DNA of 64,000 nt from assembly GCA_964627815.1 (NCBI GenBank), contig CAZVKE010000005.1, positions 270,083-334,082 on the forward strand. The letters run 5' to 3'. The DNA comes from an uncultured Leptospiraceae bacterium (lineage in GTDB: Bacteria; Spirochaetota; UBA4802; JAGODF01). Below are positions 30,148-40,327 of this stretch, one piece after another. The notes below the pieces were generated by a model. The model was not told where the DNA came from and searched no databases. It saw only the letters and a program-made list of their open reading frames with translations. The position numbers were made by a program, and so were the translations under genes. Each line of letters starts with the position of its first letter. Position 1 is the first letter of the stretch.

Positions 30148-30450
30148 ATGAATATTACTATTACGGATCAGGCACGAGATAAGATAATTGAGGCATTCAA
30201 AAATTCCGAATTTCTCAGCCCTGCACTGAGAATGATTTTTTCAGGAGTAGGGTGAGGAGGGCCCCGTATAGGGCTCGCTCTGGATGAGCGGGAAAACTCG
30301 ACTGAATACATCTATAGAACAAATGATATCGACGTCATTCTGGGGGATGATATAAAACGATTCGCCGAATCAGGAACGTCGATAAAGGTAGATTACAGAG
30401 AATCGAAGTTCGGTTCTGGGTTTGTAGTGTATGGCGGAAGCTCATGCTGA
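30148..30450 (+). CDS. HesB/IscA-like protein with an in-frame TGA (30253..30255); a candidate selenoprotein (Sec replaces the first conserved Cys)
   Basis: Translation: MNITITDQARDKIIEAFKNSEFLSPALRMIFSGVG-U-GGPRIGLALDERENSTEYIYRTNDIDVILGDDIKRFAESGTSIKVDYRESKFGSGFVVYGGSSC*. The TGA aligns with the first Cys of the IscA family (GGGCSG). The ORF is bisected by the TGA, which is why it is absent from the ORF track; both halves share one frame and one RBS (GGGAG). Hairpin cgctc-tggat-gagcg lies about 20 nt downstream of the TGA. Confidence 0.6.
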
Positions 30451-30560
30451 AGAATATCGATTACGATAAGGTTAAACTCATAGCCTTCATATCCACGCTC
30501 CTTGCGGGATGGATTTTTTTAAACCTGTGGATACTTCCAAAGCTTGGCGTAAGGACCTGA
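30444..30560 (+). CDS. Possible 38-aa single-TM peptide overlapping the end of the HesB-like gene
   Basis: MLKNIDYDKVKLIAFISTLLAGWIFLNLWILPKLGVRT. The ATG sits inside ...GGAAGCTCATGCTGA. Speculative. Confidence 0.2.
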   Translation: MLKNIDYDKVKLIAFISTLLAGWIFLNLWILPKLGVRT

Positions 30561-30605
30561 CTCTCGCAGGCCTGTTCCCTGGATGGAGAACATGAAACAA
30601 GCATA

Positions 30606-30644
30606 GAAAATAGACGGTAACAACCGTCTATTTTCTATTATTCC
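30606..30644 (+). terminator. Rho-independent terminator (perfect 13-bp stem + T-rich tail)
   Basis: gaaaatagacggt-aaca-accgtctattttc, followed by tattattcc. Confidence 0.65.
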
Positions 30645-30804
30645 GCTTCCCGTGAAACATCTATCCAGACAGGATAGAAGTCTTATAAGATAGTAACCCA
30701 TAAATTTATATTGACACTGAAATACTTCCCCTGCTCAATGAGAATCGGAAACAAAATGATCAAAATCATCTCTCATTGTATATCATCTATTTTTTGAGGT
30801 TGCC

Positions 30805-31326
30805 ATGAAACGTATCTTGCCGGTTCTGTTATTGTTTTTCATGATTTCACGGTGCGGAAGTTCAAGCTCTAGCGGTACTTCAGGATACGTGCTGCAACCC
30901 AATGAGGCGACGACGTTTACGACTGGATTAACGAGTTATTCCGTAAATACCGGTTCTGCAAAATCCGGGACGTATGCTGTACTATTCAATAACACCGTCA
31001 ATGGGACAGACTATGTAGGCATAGGAATTTCCTCCGATCCATCGAGTACCACCGCATTCACCATGAGAATTTATTTCCCCTCACCAACAATTCCGGCCAG
31101 TGTTACATTGAGCCCGACGAATTGTACTTTTTACTACAGGGAAAGCGGTTCAACAGTAACTTTGAACGATACCGTCACTTTGAATATTTCCGGCCCTGAT
31201 GGCAATGGTGTATATACGATAACGACAAATCCGGCGCTCGATTCGATAGCAATGTCGAGCGGGACATTTACCATAACTTCGATAAACGCGTTACTCGTAA
31301 GCTCAAGTCTTACGAGCAGCGACTGA
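30805..31326 (+). CDS. Ser/Thr-rich secreted (possibly lipo-)protein
   Basis: Signal peptide MKRILPVLLLFFMISRCGSSSSSG with a Cys after the hydrophobic core. Low-complexity S/T-rich body. Confidence 0.5.
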   Translation: MKRILPVLLLFFMISRCGSSSSSGTSGYVLQPNEATTFTTGLTSYSVNTGSAKSGTYAVLFNNTVNGTDYVGIGISSDPSSTTAFTMRIYFPSPTIPASVTLSPTNCTFYYRESGSTVTLNDTVTLNISGPDGNGVYTITTNPALDSIAMSSGTFTITSINALLVSSSLTSSD

Positions 31327-31353
31327 GTTACTCATATTTCTTAAGGAGGAAGC

Positions 31354-31686
31354 ATGAATCAGAACGATTCAATATTCAAGAAGCTTGAAAACATTACCTA
31401 TCTCATGGAGCTCGTCAGGGCTGAGATTGAAAGGGCCACAGAGGACAGCTTCTACGAGTTCACTGATGATAGCTGTGACAGGATAGAGGTCAAGGACTTG
31501 AAAGAGGATGACGGCACGACGCTGGAGGGATTTTTTGTGACAATCGACGATGAGGACGGGCTCATCATAGAATTCAAGGACGGGACCAAAACACCGTTCC
31601 ATTCATTCGAGACCGATAACATGTATGACCTTTTCGTCAGGATACACTCCGCTTTCCTTGACGATACCGTATCTCTCTGTAATTAG
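31354..31686 (+). CDS. Acidic hypothetical protein (110 aa)
   Basis: AGGAGG RBS. Followed by a strong terminator. Confidence 0.5.
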   Translation: MNQNDSIFKKLENITYLMELVRAEIERATEDSFYEFTDDSCDRIEVKDLKEDDGTTLEGFFVTIDDEDGLIIEFKDGTKTPFHSFETDNMYDLFVRIHSAFLDDTVSLCN

Positions 31687-31701
31687 CCGAATGTAAGAAG
31701 T

Positions 31702-31737
31702 AAAAAAACCCGCTTCAGTGAAGCGGGTTTTTTTATT
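31702..31737. terminator. Bidirectional rho-independent terminator
   Basis: aaaaaaa-cccgcttc-agtg-aagcgggt-ttttttatt. It has an A-run on one side and a T-run on the other, so it can serve the convergent genes on both strands. Confidence 0.8.
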
Positions 31738-31754
31738 ATCTATTGCAAATCCTT

Positions 31755-32531
31755 TTATTTCTGGAACTGGTTGAAGTAGATATTCAGTATCAGATTGATC
31801 TCACGGTCTGACGCCTTGATCTTATCCTTCTCCAGTGACTTTGATATCTCATCTACTGAGATCTTGGGATTGCTTATCCGCATATTCACGATCTGACTGA
31901 TGGTGTCGCGATTTATCTGTTCGGGTCCGCTGAATACTCCCTTGTTGTGAAGGGCAAGCACGGCATACCGCAACTTTTGAAATTCATCCTCAAGCCGCTC
32001 GATCTGCATCAGGAGATACTCCGGTTCTCTTCGCTTAACGTATTCCTGGGGATTCTGGATCGCGTCGACGATCTTATCCGAAAGCTTGTTTTCATCTTTA
32101 AAATCACCGACGATCCTTACGAAAAGACGGCTGACGTTTATTCTGAAATTATACTGAAGCTGTGTCGTATAGGTGAAAAGCATCCCCGACGGGAGATACT
32201 GATTGATATCCACATTCTTATACTGGTATTGCTTGGGCACAACCGCAATCTGAAGGCCGCCTTCCGAGGAAGTAAAGTTAAGATTATCAACCTTCATGTT
32301 CTGCCAGCCGTAAAAATCGCTCTTAAGCCGGAGAATCGTTTTGGCGGTCTGTTCTTCAAGAGTGTTGTAATACTGAACGCTGAAAATGTTTCCTCCCTGG
32401 TCTTTCAGCGTTACCGATGTTCTATCCTCATCCTGGGTTTTGCTTACTATAGTGATGTTGTCATTGCTCCATTCATACGCAAACAGCGACGTGTTGAAGA
32501 GCAGAAGAAAGAGCAGAATATATCGTTTCAT
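31755..32531 (-). CDS. Secreted hypothetical protein (signal peptide)
   Basis: MKRYILLFLLLFNTSLFAYEW... Last gene of the minus-strand operon 35559->31755. Confidence 0.5.
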   Translation of the reverse strand: MKRYILLFLLLFNTSLFAYEWSNDNITIVSKTQDEDRTSVTLKDQGGNIFSVQYYNTLEEQTAKTILRLKSDFYGWQNMKVDNLNFTSSEGGLQIAVVPKQYQYKNVDINQYLPSGMLFTYTTQLQYNFRINVSRLFVRIVGDFKDENKLSDKIVDAIQNPQEYVKRREPEYLLMQIERLEDEFQKLRYAVLALHNKGVFSGPEQINRDTISQIVNMRISNPKISVDEISKSLEKDKIKASDREINLILNIYFNQFQK

Positions 32532-32533
32532 AC

Positions 32534-33886
32534 TTACTCCTTATTCTCCTTTTGAATTTTAAGAAGTATCTTGTCAAACGGCTGTATTCTCTTGAATTGG
32601 GCGACTTCAATTGTTTTGCCGACTATCATGAACGGCTTCTTAACGAACTGTATTTTGCCGATGTATTCGTCCTCACTGCGGAAGATGAGGCCTATATCAC
32701 CGTTATTGATAGACTGTATTGTGCTGAGATGGATCCTTATGCTGTTCGGATCGCGAGGGTCGATAACGAACCCTGTTTCCGGAAACTGCTTTGAATGGAA
32801 ATCAAAGGCATACTGATAGTTGGATATGATCGAATTCTTCTGCCGGATAACTTCGATCAGATCATACCAGAGGTTTTCATAATCATAAATGATCCTGTTA
32901 GTCAGCTGTGCCATCTGGTTGAGCGCGTCAGGCACAGAATTCTCATACGGGATCCGCTGCATTCTGGATATAAGAATGGAGTTGTCGTCGATACTCTTCC
33001 GCAATGAAGAGAATTTGTCTTTCGCCATGACGCCTTCACGGCGGAGCTCCGTCTGATAATCCTTCAGGGCCGGCATAGAAGCGTATTCTTTGCGCATCGG
33101 TGCCTTGAGGATCGGCGTCAACTGCGCAGCGAAAATAGGATTGTACTTGAGAATCAGCGTATCGATATACCGCTTATAATAGTTCTTGAGATTCTCAATT
33201 TCTCCCTCGTAAAACGCCTTCTGCTTCTCCATCCGTATATTATGAAGTTTCTGGAAGTTATTCAGGATATTTTCGGCTTTCTGGACTCCGGCTTTCATGT
33301 TCTGATCGTAGCTGTCAACCTTCGCCTTAAGCCCGGTAATTTCTATCTCCTTTTCATCTATTTTCCTCTGATACTGGGCTTTTACCTGATTTATACGCTG
33401 CTCTTCACGCGCCTGAATGCGTTTAAGCTGACGGTCTGTCTCGTCGTTCGAAAGGTTCTTTGACAGTACAGCGTCGCGATCACGAGATGAGGCGTCCTTA
33501 ACGCTTAAAATCTCTTTCTGCATCTGAAGCTTTATATCCTCGAGCGCGTCTCTCGCGGAATTCAACTCACCCTGGAATTTATTAGATGACTCGAGCAGTT
33601 CTCTGAGCTTGAGGTCCTCAAAATCGCTGATTCCTATATCGATCAGTCGCTGCTTATGCTGAATATACTGGGTAACAAGTATTGACGCGACGACGATAGA
33701 GGTCACAAATCCAAGAACGATAAAGAAGAAAGCGAAACTGCGGTTCTTCCGTGTCTTGGCAAACTCATCGGCAAGCGAGTACACCTGAGTGGTTTCATCA
33801 GGTCGCAGTTCATCAGGGAGGAATACCTCCTTGCTCCTCTGTATGATATCTGTTACTTTGTTTTCATTTCCCATATGCCGTTCCAT
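32534..33886 (-). CDS. Membrane-anchored coiled-coil protein
   Basis: One TM helix, FAFFFIVLGFVTSIVVASILV, followed by long heptad-rich E/K/Q segments. Confidence 0.5.
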   Translation of the reverse strand: MERHMGNENKVTDIIQRSKEVFLPDELRPDETTQVYSLADEFAKTRKNRSFAFFFIVLGFVTSIVVASILVTQYIQHKQRLIDIGISDFEDLKLRELLESSNKFQGELNSARDALEDIKLQMQKEILSVKDASSRDRDAVLSKNLSNDETDRQLKRIQAREEQRINQVKAQYQRKIDEKEIEITGLKAKVDSYDQNMKAGVQKAENILNNFQKLHNIRMEKQKAFYEGEIENLKNYYKRYIDTLILKYNPIFAAQLTPILKAPMRKEYASMPALKDYQTELRREGVMAKDKFSSLRKSIDDNSILISRMQRIPYENSVPDALNQMAQLTNRIIYDYENLWYDLIEVIRQKNSIISNYQYAFDFHSKQFPETGFVIDPRDPNSIRIHLSTIQSINNGDIGLIFRSEDEYIGKIQFVKKPFMIVGKTIEVAQFKRIQPFDKILLKIQKENKE

Positions 33887-35559
33887 CTCTTAGGACATTC
33901 ATTATTCTTGGTTCTCTCTTTAAAAACCTCGGCAAGAGGAAGCGTACATTTGCTGAAACTGCGATAGGCCTTCTTCCAGTCGCCATTATAATAGAGTTCA
34001 AGGCCTTCGGAGAAATCTTTGATCTCCGTATGTAGTTTTTTATCGATGATTTTCGCCGGGATCGGCCAGAACACTTTCTTGCCGATTGTCTTCCCTTTGA
34101 CCATAACCGTATCGAGTTCCAGGAACTCCATACCATGATCCGGAACATTCTTCTCTATATCGGTTTTTACATATTCTGAACAGATAACCGGAACCTTGTA
34201 TATCCGCGTCAATCCCTCGAGTCGGGAGGCGGCATTGACATTATCCCCGATCACGGTATTGGTCATACGAACATAGGAGCCGATCGTCCCGTAGAAGACC
34301 TCGCCTCCGTCAATTCCAACGCCGACCTCAAGCAACACCGCTTTGAATACGGCCTCTTCCTCGGGCTGCAGCTTGCCCTGGCGGCGGATAACATCTTCAC
34401 GACGCTTCTGCATTTTATTGCGTAGCGACTCGGCGACCTGCTGTATGCTGTAGGCTGCCTGTATGGCCTGAAACGATTTATTATCCGTCTGCTCCTCGAA
34501 TACGCCGAATACCGCGAGGAGGGCGTCTCCGATAATCGATCCTATAACACCGTCATACCGCACTATTTCCCGAATGGCTTTATCATAATGCAGGTTGAGC
34601 AGCTTGATAATATCCGTACCCAGCGTTTCAGTGATATAGGTAAAGCTTTTAATATCGGAGAAAAGCACCGTAAGCTGGCGCTGCGTACCCTCGAGCTTTA
34701 TCTGCCTTTCGCGATACGCTTTCATCGCCACGTCTTTATTTGCGAACTTTCTGAATATCGTGACAAGATTATTGATCGTGCTGGATAGAGAGTTAAACGC
34801 GACGCCAAGATAGGTGATGTCATCATTAGGCGCCTTGTCGAGCGGGATTATCTCGAGTTGCTGGTCCTGAACCATCTTCATGATACTGTTGGTGATGATA
34901 CCGATATAGCGCAGCAGGAACCGGACAAAGAAGACCCCCACGATCGCGCTGATCAGGGTCACGATGATCACGATGATACTGATGTAAATAAAAATCATCC
35001 GGGATCGCGCGTAAAACTCATTGTTTTCCTCGCCGCGCAGCAGGAACACATCCCATTTCTGATTATACTTGTAGATGGCCAGATACGGCTCATTATTATA
35101 TACGATATTTATGAATCCTTCGCTCACGTTCCGCTGCTTTTTATCAAGCATCTCGCGAAGGGACTTTGCGTCATTGAACTGATCATACTGTTTAATTCGT
35201 GATGATTGGAAGAGAAGCTTGCCGTCCGGCTTGATGCCAAGCACGATGGCCTTTTTGTTCTTTAACTCGTGAAGCCCTTTTTCCTGAATAGCCTGAAGCG
35301 ATCCCCGCATATCACGGTTGTAGGTGTAGATTTCATGCTGCGTGTTGCAGAAACCGTAGATATCGCGAAGGTCTTTCCCGAGCAACTGCTGCATCAGGTG
35401 AATCTGCTCCGTCCGGTTAAACATGAGATTGATGTAATTCGAGGTAAGGTTCGACACGAGGATGATCAGGGTAAAGATGAGGATAATCTTTATGGTGACC
35501 GGAAATACCCTCGTATCATTGACCTTTTTCCCGAGAAGGGTTTCGATTATTTTTATCAT
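33853..35559 (-). CDS. Class III adenylate/guanylate cyclase with an N-terminal sensor region, TM and HAMP-like linker
   Basis: Cyclase catalytic domain LTVLFSDIKSFTYITETLG...IGDALLAVFG...NAASRLEGLT. Two TM helices flank a putative periplasmic sensor region. Confidence 0.7.
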   Translation of the reverse strand: MIKIIETLLGKKVNDTRVFPVTIKIILIFTLIILVSNLTSNYINLMFNRTEQIHLMQQLLGKDLRDIYGFCNTQHEIYTYNRDMRGSLQAIQEKGLHELKNKKAIVLGIKPDGKLLFQSSRIKQYDQFNDAKSLREMLDKKQRNVSEGFINIVYNNEPYLAIYKYNQKWDVFLLRGEENNEFYARSRMIFIYISIIVIIVTLISAIVGVFFVRFLLRYIGIITNSIMKMVQDQQLEIIPLDKAPNDDITYLGVAFNSLSSTINNLVTIFRKFANKDVAMKAYRERQIKLEGTQRQLTVLFSDIKSFTYITETLGTDIIKLLNLHYDKAIREIVRYDGVIGSIIGDALLAVFGVFEEQTDNKSFQAIQAAYSIQQVAESLRNKMQKRREDVIRRQGKLQPEEEAVFKAVLLEVGVGIDGGEVFYGTIGSYVRMTNTVIGDNVNAASRLEGLTRIYKVPVICSEYVKTDIEKNVPDHGMEFLELDTVMVKGKTIGKKVFWPIPAKIIDKKLHTEIKDFSEGLELYYNGDWKKAYRSFSKCTLPLAEVFKERTKNNECPKRWNGIWEMKTK

Positions 35560-35696
35560 GTAGATAACATTGAATATCTAAATTTTAGTCGGATCACATA
35601 ATTGATTTTAAAAAAATGAGTTTCATTTTGCAAGAAAAATTTACAAAATACTCATATTTTTATATCATTATTTAGCCTCAAAATTGAATTTATATA

Positions 35697-36449
35697 CTAT
35701 CCTGTTTTTTTATCCATAAAAGGTTTCAATATATCCATCGGTATGGGAAACACTGTCGTCGAGCTGTTCTCGGTCGCGATCTCCCGCAGTGTCTGAAGAT
35801 AGCGCAACTGAAGGGCGATCGGATGGTCTTCCATGAGCTGGGCGGCCTCGATGAGCTTTGCGGCAGCCTGGAATTCGCCCTCAGCATTGATAACTTTCGC
35901 CCGGCGCTCCCGTTCAGCTTCGGCCTGTTTTGCCATCGCCCGCTGCATATCCTGCGGCAAATCGACATGCTTGACTTCAACCAGCGATACCTTTATTCCC
36001 CACGGATCGGTCTGCGTATCGAGGATGTTCTGCAGTTCGACATTGATCCGCTCCCGGTCGCTCAGCAGGTCATCAAGCTCAACCATTCCGAGCGTGCTTC
36101 TAAGGGTGGTCTGCGCAAGCTGCGAAGTCGCGTAATTGAACTCCTCGACCTCGGTGATCGCTTTGTTCGGCTCGAGCACTCTGAAATACACAACGGCGTT
36201 CACCTTGATCGATACGTTATCGCGGGTGATCACATCCTGGGGCGGAACGTCAAGAACGATCGTGCGGAGGCTCACGCGCACCCATTTGTCGATGATCGGG
36301 ATTATAATGATAATGCCGGGGCCTTTCGGGTTCGCAAGGAGCCTTCCGAGCCTGAACACCACCGCGCGCTCGTATTCTCGTATGATTTTAATCGAGGAAA
36401 CGACAAAAAGAACAAAAAGAATTATCAACGTCATCATCGCGCTGTTCAT
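35697..36449 (-). CDS. SPFH/band-7 (stomatin-like) protein
   Basis: N-terminal TM helix. SPFH core ...[17 protein letters not shown]... and a C-terminal coiled coil [13 protein letters not shown]. Confidence 0.8.
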   Translation of the reverse strand: MNSAMMTLIILFVLFVVSSIKIIREYERAVVFRLGRLLANPKGPGIIIIIPIIDKWVRVSLRTIVLDVPPQDVITRDNVSIKVNAVVYFRVLEPNKAITEVEEFNYATSQLAQTTLRSTLGMVELDDLLSDRERINVELQNILDTQTDPWGIKVSLVEVKHVDLPQDMQRAMAKQAEAERERRAKVINAEGEFQAAAKLIEAAQLMEDHPIALQLRYLQTLREIATENSSTTVFPIPMDILKPFMDKKTG

Positions 36450-36468
36450 GGCACTGCCTCCTGTTTCT

Positions 36469-37806
36469 TTATTGATTCTGACTGGTTTTTTCTTTTTCCA
36501 CTATCAGGACCATTCCCTCCGATCCTGTAACATTTACCTCATCATTTTTTCTGATATCACCATCCCTGATCAGGGCATTCCATATTTCACCATGGACTGA
36601 TATCTTGCCCCTGTTGTTGACAAAATCGCCGAGCGCCATGCCCGTTTCGCCGATCATTCCGGCAAAACCTGTCGTTATCTTTCCCCTATGAGCTTTGAGT
36701 ACCGCGCGAAGAACTATAAATATGAAAGCAATGATCGACACAACAACGGTCATGATTGTGGATAGAGGAAGCGAGAAACCTGGAAGCGGCGAATCAAAAA
36801 GAATCATGGAACCGATGATAAAGGATGCAAGCCCTCCCGCGGTCAGGAGGCCGTAACTGGTGAATTTGAGCTCAAGGATAAAAAGGACAATGGCAAGGAT
36901 GATCAGCGCAACTCCCGCGAAATTCACCGGTAATATCCTGACCGCCATGAGAAAGACAAAGAGGGAGATGCCGCCGATCACACCGGGGAAGATGAGCCCC
37001 GGGCTCTTGACTTCCATTCCGATCCCGATTATCGCTATAATAAAGAGGAAGAAAACTATCTGAGGATCGGCCACAAAATTGAGGAACCGCTGTTTCCAGT
37101 CCATCGGGAAGTCAATTGCCCTGATTGAAGCCGTCTGAAGCGTAACCGTTGTTCCGTTCATCGCGACACGGCGGCCGTCGAGCTGGCGGAGCAGGTCATC
37201 CATGTCCTCGGCGACAATGTCGATGACTCGCTGCCGGAGCGCTTCCGAGTAGGTGCTTGAGATCGCGTCGCGGACCGCTGCTTCCGCCCACGCGGTATTG
37301 CGGTTCCTCCGCTGGGCAAGGCTGCGCGCGTAGGCTATTGAATCATTCAGGAGCTTGATGTTCATGATGCTCGTGCCGCCTTTTTCTCCTTCATCGCGCT
37401 TTGAAAACTGTTCAAGTACATTGACCGGATGCATCGCGCCGATCCTCGTTCCGGGCGCCATGGCGGCGATATTGGCGGAAAGCATGATATATCCACCCGC
37501 CGATGCCGCCTGCGCTCCACGGGGATAAGTATAGACAACGACAGGAACCTTTGACTCCATGATGCCTTCGATGATCTCCTGCATCGATGTCATGAGGCCG
37601 CCGGGAGTATCCATCTGAAGCACGATGAATTGAAGATGCCGCTCTCCCGCCGTTTTGATCGATTTGACGATGTGCTCGGCAATGATCGGATTGACCGTTC
37701 CATCGAGCCTGATGACAGCGTAATCGCCGGCGCCGTACACACGTGAGCCGGAAAGGAGCGCCAGAACAGCAAGAGTTATAAATAAATATTTCTTCATTAT
37801 GATCAC
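36469..37806 (-). CDS. NfeD-family membrane-bound ClpP-class serine protease (stomatin operon partner)
   Basis: Signal peptide, a ClpP-like domain (GGLMTS..., AASAGGYI), a multi-TM segment and a C-terminal OB-fold. Confidence 0.75.
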   Translation of the reverse strand: MIIMKKYLFITLAVLALLSGSRVYGAGDYAVIRLDGTVNPIIAEHIVKSIKTAGERHLQFIVLQMDTPGGLMTSMQEIIEGIMESKVPVVVYTYPRGAQAASAGGYIMLSANIAAMAPGTRIGAMHPVNVLEQFSKRDEGEKGGTSIMNIKLLNDSIAYARSLAQRRNRNTAWAEAAVRDAISSTYSEALRQRVIDIVAEDMDDLLRQLDGRRVAMNGTTVTLQTASIRAIDFPMDWKQRFLNFVADPQIVFFLFIIAIIGIGMEVKSPGLIFPGVIGGISLFVFLMAVRILPVNFAGVALIILAIVLFILELKFTSYGLLTAGGLASFIIGSMILFDSPLPGFSLPLSTIMTVVVSIIAFIFIVLRAVLKAHRGKITTGFAGMIGETGMALGDFVNNRGKISVHGEIWNALIRDGDIRKNDEVNVTGSEGMVLIVEKEKTSQNQ

Positions 37807-38420
37807 GCTATGTTAAGGATAGCATTGAAAATATCGCGCGAGTCGCCGCTGCCGTCTATTCTATACAGCACACCTTTCTTCGCGTAGAATTCCTTTATCG
37901 AGTTTATCTCCCGGAAATACTCCTGTATTCTCAGGATGATTTTTTCATTTGAGTCGCCCTTGCGCTTCGAAAGCGGCCCGCCGCATACGTCGCAGGTTTC
38001 ACTTTTTTTCGAAGGGTGGTCAATCTGGTATTTTTTATTGCACCGGGGACAGACACGAAGGCCGGTCAGGCGGCGGATGATTTCTTTCTCAGGAACATCG
38101 AGCAGTATTGCGGCAACAATCGCATGCGCTTCCTGCAGCCGCTCAGCCTGGTAGACCGTTTTCGGGAAACCATCAAGAGTGAAACCCGATGGGCAGTGTG
38201 AATCGATATAAGCAAGAATGATGTCTGTATAGAGGGTTTCAGGAATTTCTTTTTCCTGTTCACGCAGGCTTTTTAATTTTTTACCATACGCCGTTGAATT
38301 AGAAATCTCCTCGGCTATGACGTTTTCAGGTTTGATATGGGGAATATCAAATTTCTGATTAAGGAATTCCGCCTGAGTTCCTTTTCCTGACCCCGGAGGT
38401 CCTATCAAGACGAATTTCAT
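37803..38420 (-). CDS. adk: Adenylate kinase (zinc-lid type)
   Basis: P-loop GPPGSGKGTQ. LID Zn motif CPRCNKKY...CDVCGG. Confidence 0.9.
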   Translation of the reverse strand: MKFVLIGPPGSGKGTQAEFLNQKFDIPHIKPENVIAEEISNSTAYGKKLKSLREQEKEIPETLYTDIILAYIDSHCPSGFTLDGFPKTVYQAERLQEAHAIVAAILLDVPEKEIIRRLTGLRVCPRCNKKYQIDHPSKKSETCDVCGGPLSKRKGDSNEKIILRIQEYFREINSIKEFYAKKGVLYRIDGSGDSRDIFNAILNIA

Positions 38421-38657
38421 GTCCCGTCACCTGATAACTTTTTATCCTCAATCTTCCGCACCCATACTTACCTGAAAGAGACGGATACACAATCCACTGC
38501 AAATAATTATACTATTATGGACTATACTCTTATCAAATTGTCAATAAAAAATGTTGTTATACAATGAAAAGGGTAGAGTGACATAAAAAAGGCAGGTGCG
38601 GGCATAAAAAAACCCCATGCGGTCGCATGAGGTTTTTTCCTTCCATCCTGTAGCGGT

Positions 38658-39947
38658 TTATCTGCCGCGTTTGGTTCCGAACATATAGTTTCCGGAATCA
38701 GCATCGTTGATGGATCCATCCTGGTTATATACTTTCCACTGGCCGTTTTTCCTGTTGACCATGTACTCGCCTTCCGCCATCAGCCTGCCGTTGGGGAAGT
38801 ACTCCTTCCATTGCCCCTGTTTTTTCGGCGCGTCCCATTCTCCGGTCCAGCGGTACATGGTGCTCTTTTCCGGCTCGTCAGGGGGAGCGCTTGATGACGG
38901 CATGGTGCCGATCTTTTTATTATCCTTCATTATATCATAAACGCCCTTGACAAGACCGATCTGGAGCGGGCCAGTCCCAGCCAGTTTCCCGTTCTGATAC
39001 AGTTTGCTGGCGCTGTTGCTGTCGATCATGCTGTTTGCCAGCGCGACCTCCATAACCAGCTCCCGGCGTCCGCCCGGATATCTGTAAAACTTCCAGAGCC
39101 CGTCCTCAATACTGCGCTTCTCAACCTTTCCCTTGACAGTCGCGTCGATCAGTTTGAAATCTCCTTCTTTCTGCAAGAGCCCTTCAGCTGAGAAGTGCTG
39201 CCACCTGCCAACCATAAGGTTGTTGTTGTAGTTTCCCTTCATGCTTACAAGGCCGTTGTTGTGATAATACTCCCAGAAGCCGGTACGCTTGCCGTTCGAA
39301 TAGGAACCCTTTTCCTTGTGCTTACCGTTCGGCCAGAAAATATTGGAGCTTCCGTCATTCAGATCGTTTCTGAAGGATGACCTCTCTTTCGGCCGTCCGT
39401 CTTCATAATACTCGCTGACAATACCGTTCTTTTTGCCCTCAACGTATTTTTCTTCACGCTGGGGCTTTCCATCTTTATGGTAGGTGGTTTTTGCTCCGGA
39501 AAGTACACCGACCTTTTCCCGTATCGTTTCGCCTATGCCTTCAATCGACTGGGTGATTATGGTATAATTCAGGTCAGCCTGCTTCTGGCCGGTCTCGTAA
39601 TACTGTACCCACGCGCCATTGCGATTTCCCTCTGAGAAATCGCCTTCGGCCATTTTCTGTCCGTTTTTGTGGTAGAAAACCCACCGGCCATCCTGTTTAT
39701 CTTCCTTATAACTTCCTTCGCCCTGTTTTGTCTTGGTATCCATATAAGTATGGACCCACGGGCCGTCCTTTAATCCCTTCTTGAAATTACCCTTTGCAAG
39801 TACGGTTCCCCCGCCGATAACAACCTGCCCCGGACCGTCCTTGACCTTCTGCGCCTGACTGCTTGCCGCCGGCTGCTGCTGCGACGAAGCGCAGGAGAGG
39901 TAGATCACCGAAAGGGCTATACAGCTGATCACAATCCATCGTTTCAT
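38658..39947 (-). CDS. MORN-variant-repeat lipoprotein
   Basis: Lipobox ...IYLSCASS. More than 10 copies of G.W..Y..NG....EG.Y..G..+G.W repeats. Confidence 0.65.
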   Translation of the reverse strand: MKRWIVISCIALSVIYLSCASSQQQPAASSQAQKVKDGPGQVVIGGGTVLAKGNFKKGLKDGPWVHTYMDTKTKQGEGSYKEDKQDGRWVFYHKNGQKMAEGDFSEGNRNGAWVQYYETGQKQADLNYTIITQSIEGIGETIREKVGVLSGAKTTYHKDGKPQREEKYVEGKKNGIVSEYYEDGRPKERSSFRNDLNDGSSNIFWPNGKHKEKGSYSNGKRTGFWEYYHNNGLVSMKGNYNNNLMVGRWQHFSAEGLLQKEGDFKLIDATVKGKVEKRSIEDGLWKFYRYPGGRRELVMEVALANSMIDSNSASKLYQNGKLAGTGPLQIGLVKGVYDIMKDNKKIGTMPSSSAPPDEPEKSTMYRWTGEWDAPKKQGQWKEYFPNGRLMAEGEYMVNRKNGQWKVYNQDGSINDADSGNYMFGTKRGR

Positions 39948-40327
39948 AGTATTCTCCTCACATTTTTCGTTTCATCGGGTTGCAGTAAACGTTTTAGAGA
40001 AAAGGCTTATTACTACACCTGTAGTATCTTGAGTTAATTGCGCAAAATCAGAAAAATCGAAAACCGATCATCAATAAATGCTTAAATTACAAGTGCTGTA
40101 TATAGATAATTTAATATTTGAATACGCATCTTAGTTTATTTATAAGTCGATCTTTTGCATTTTGTCAATATAATATTTATTTTTTTTCCGAAAGTGTAAG
40201 TTTTATTTTTTATCAAAAGTAACCCGACATAATAATCACGCAATTTTCATTTAAAGAGGATCGTGAATTCTTCCGAAATTACTGTATACGAGTGAGTCTG
40301 AAATATCTATTCTCCGAGGTGAGCGTC

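Noticed and set aside
35823-36600. 235-aa and 154-aa plus ORFs
   Set aside because: They are antisense to the SPFH and NfeD genes.
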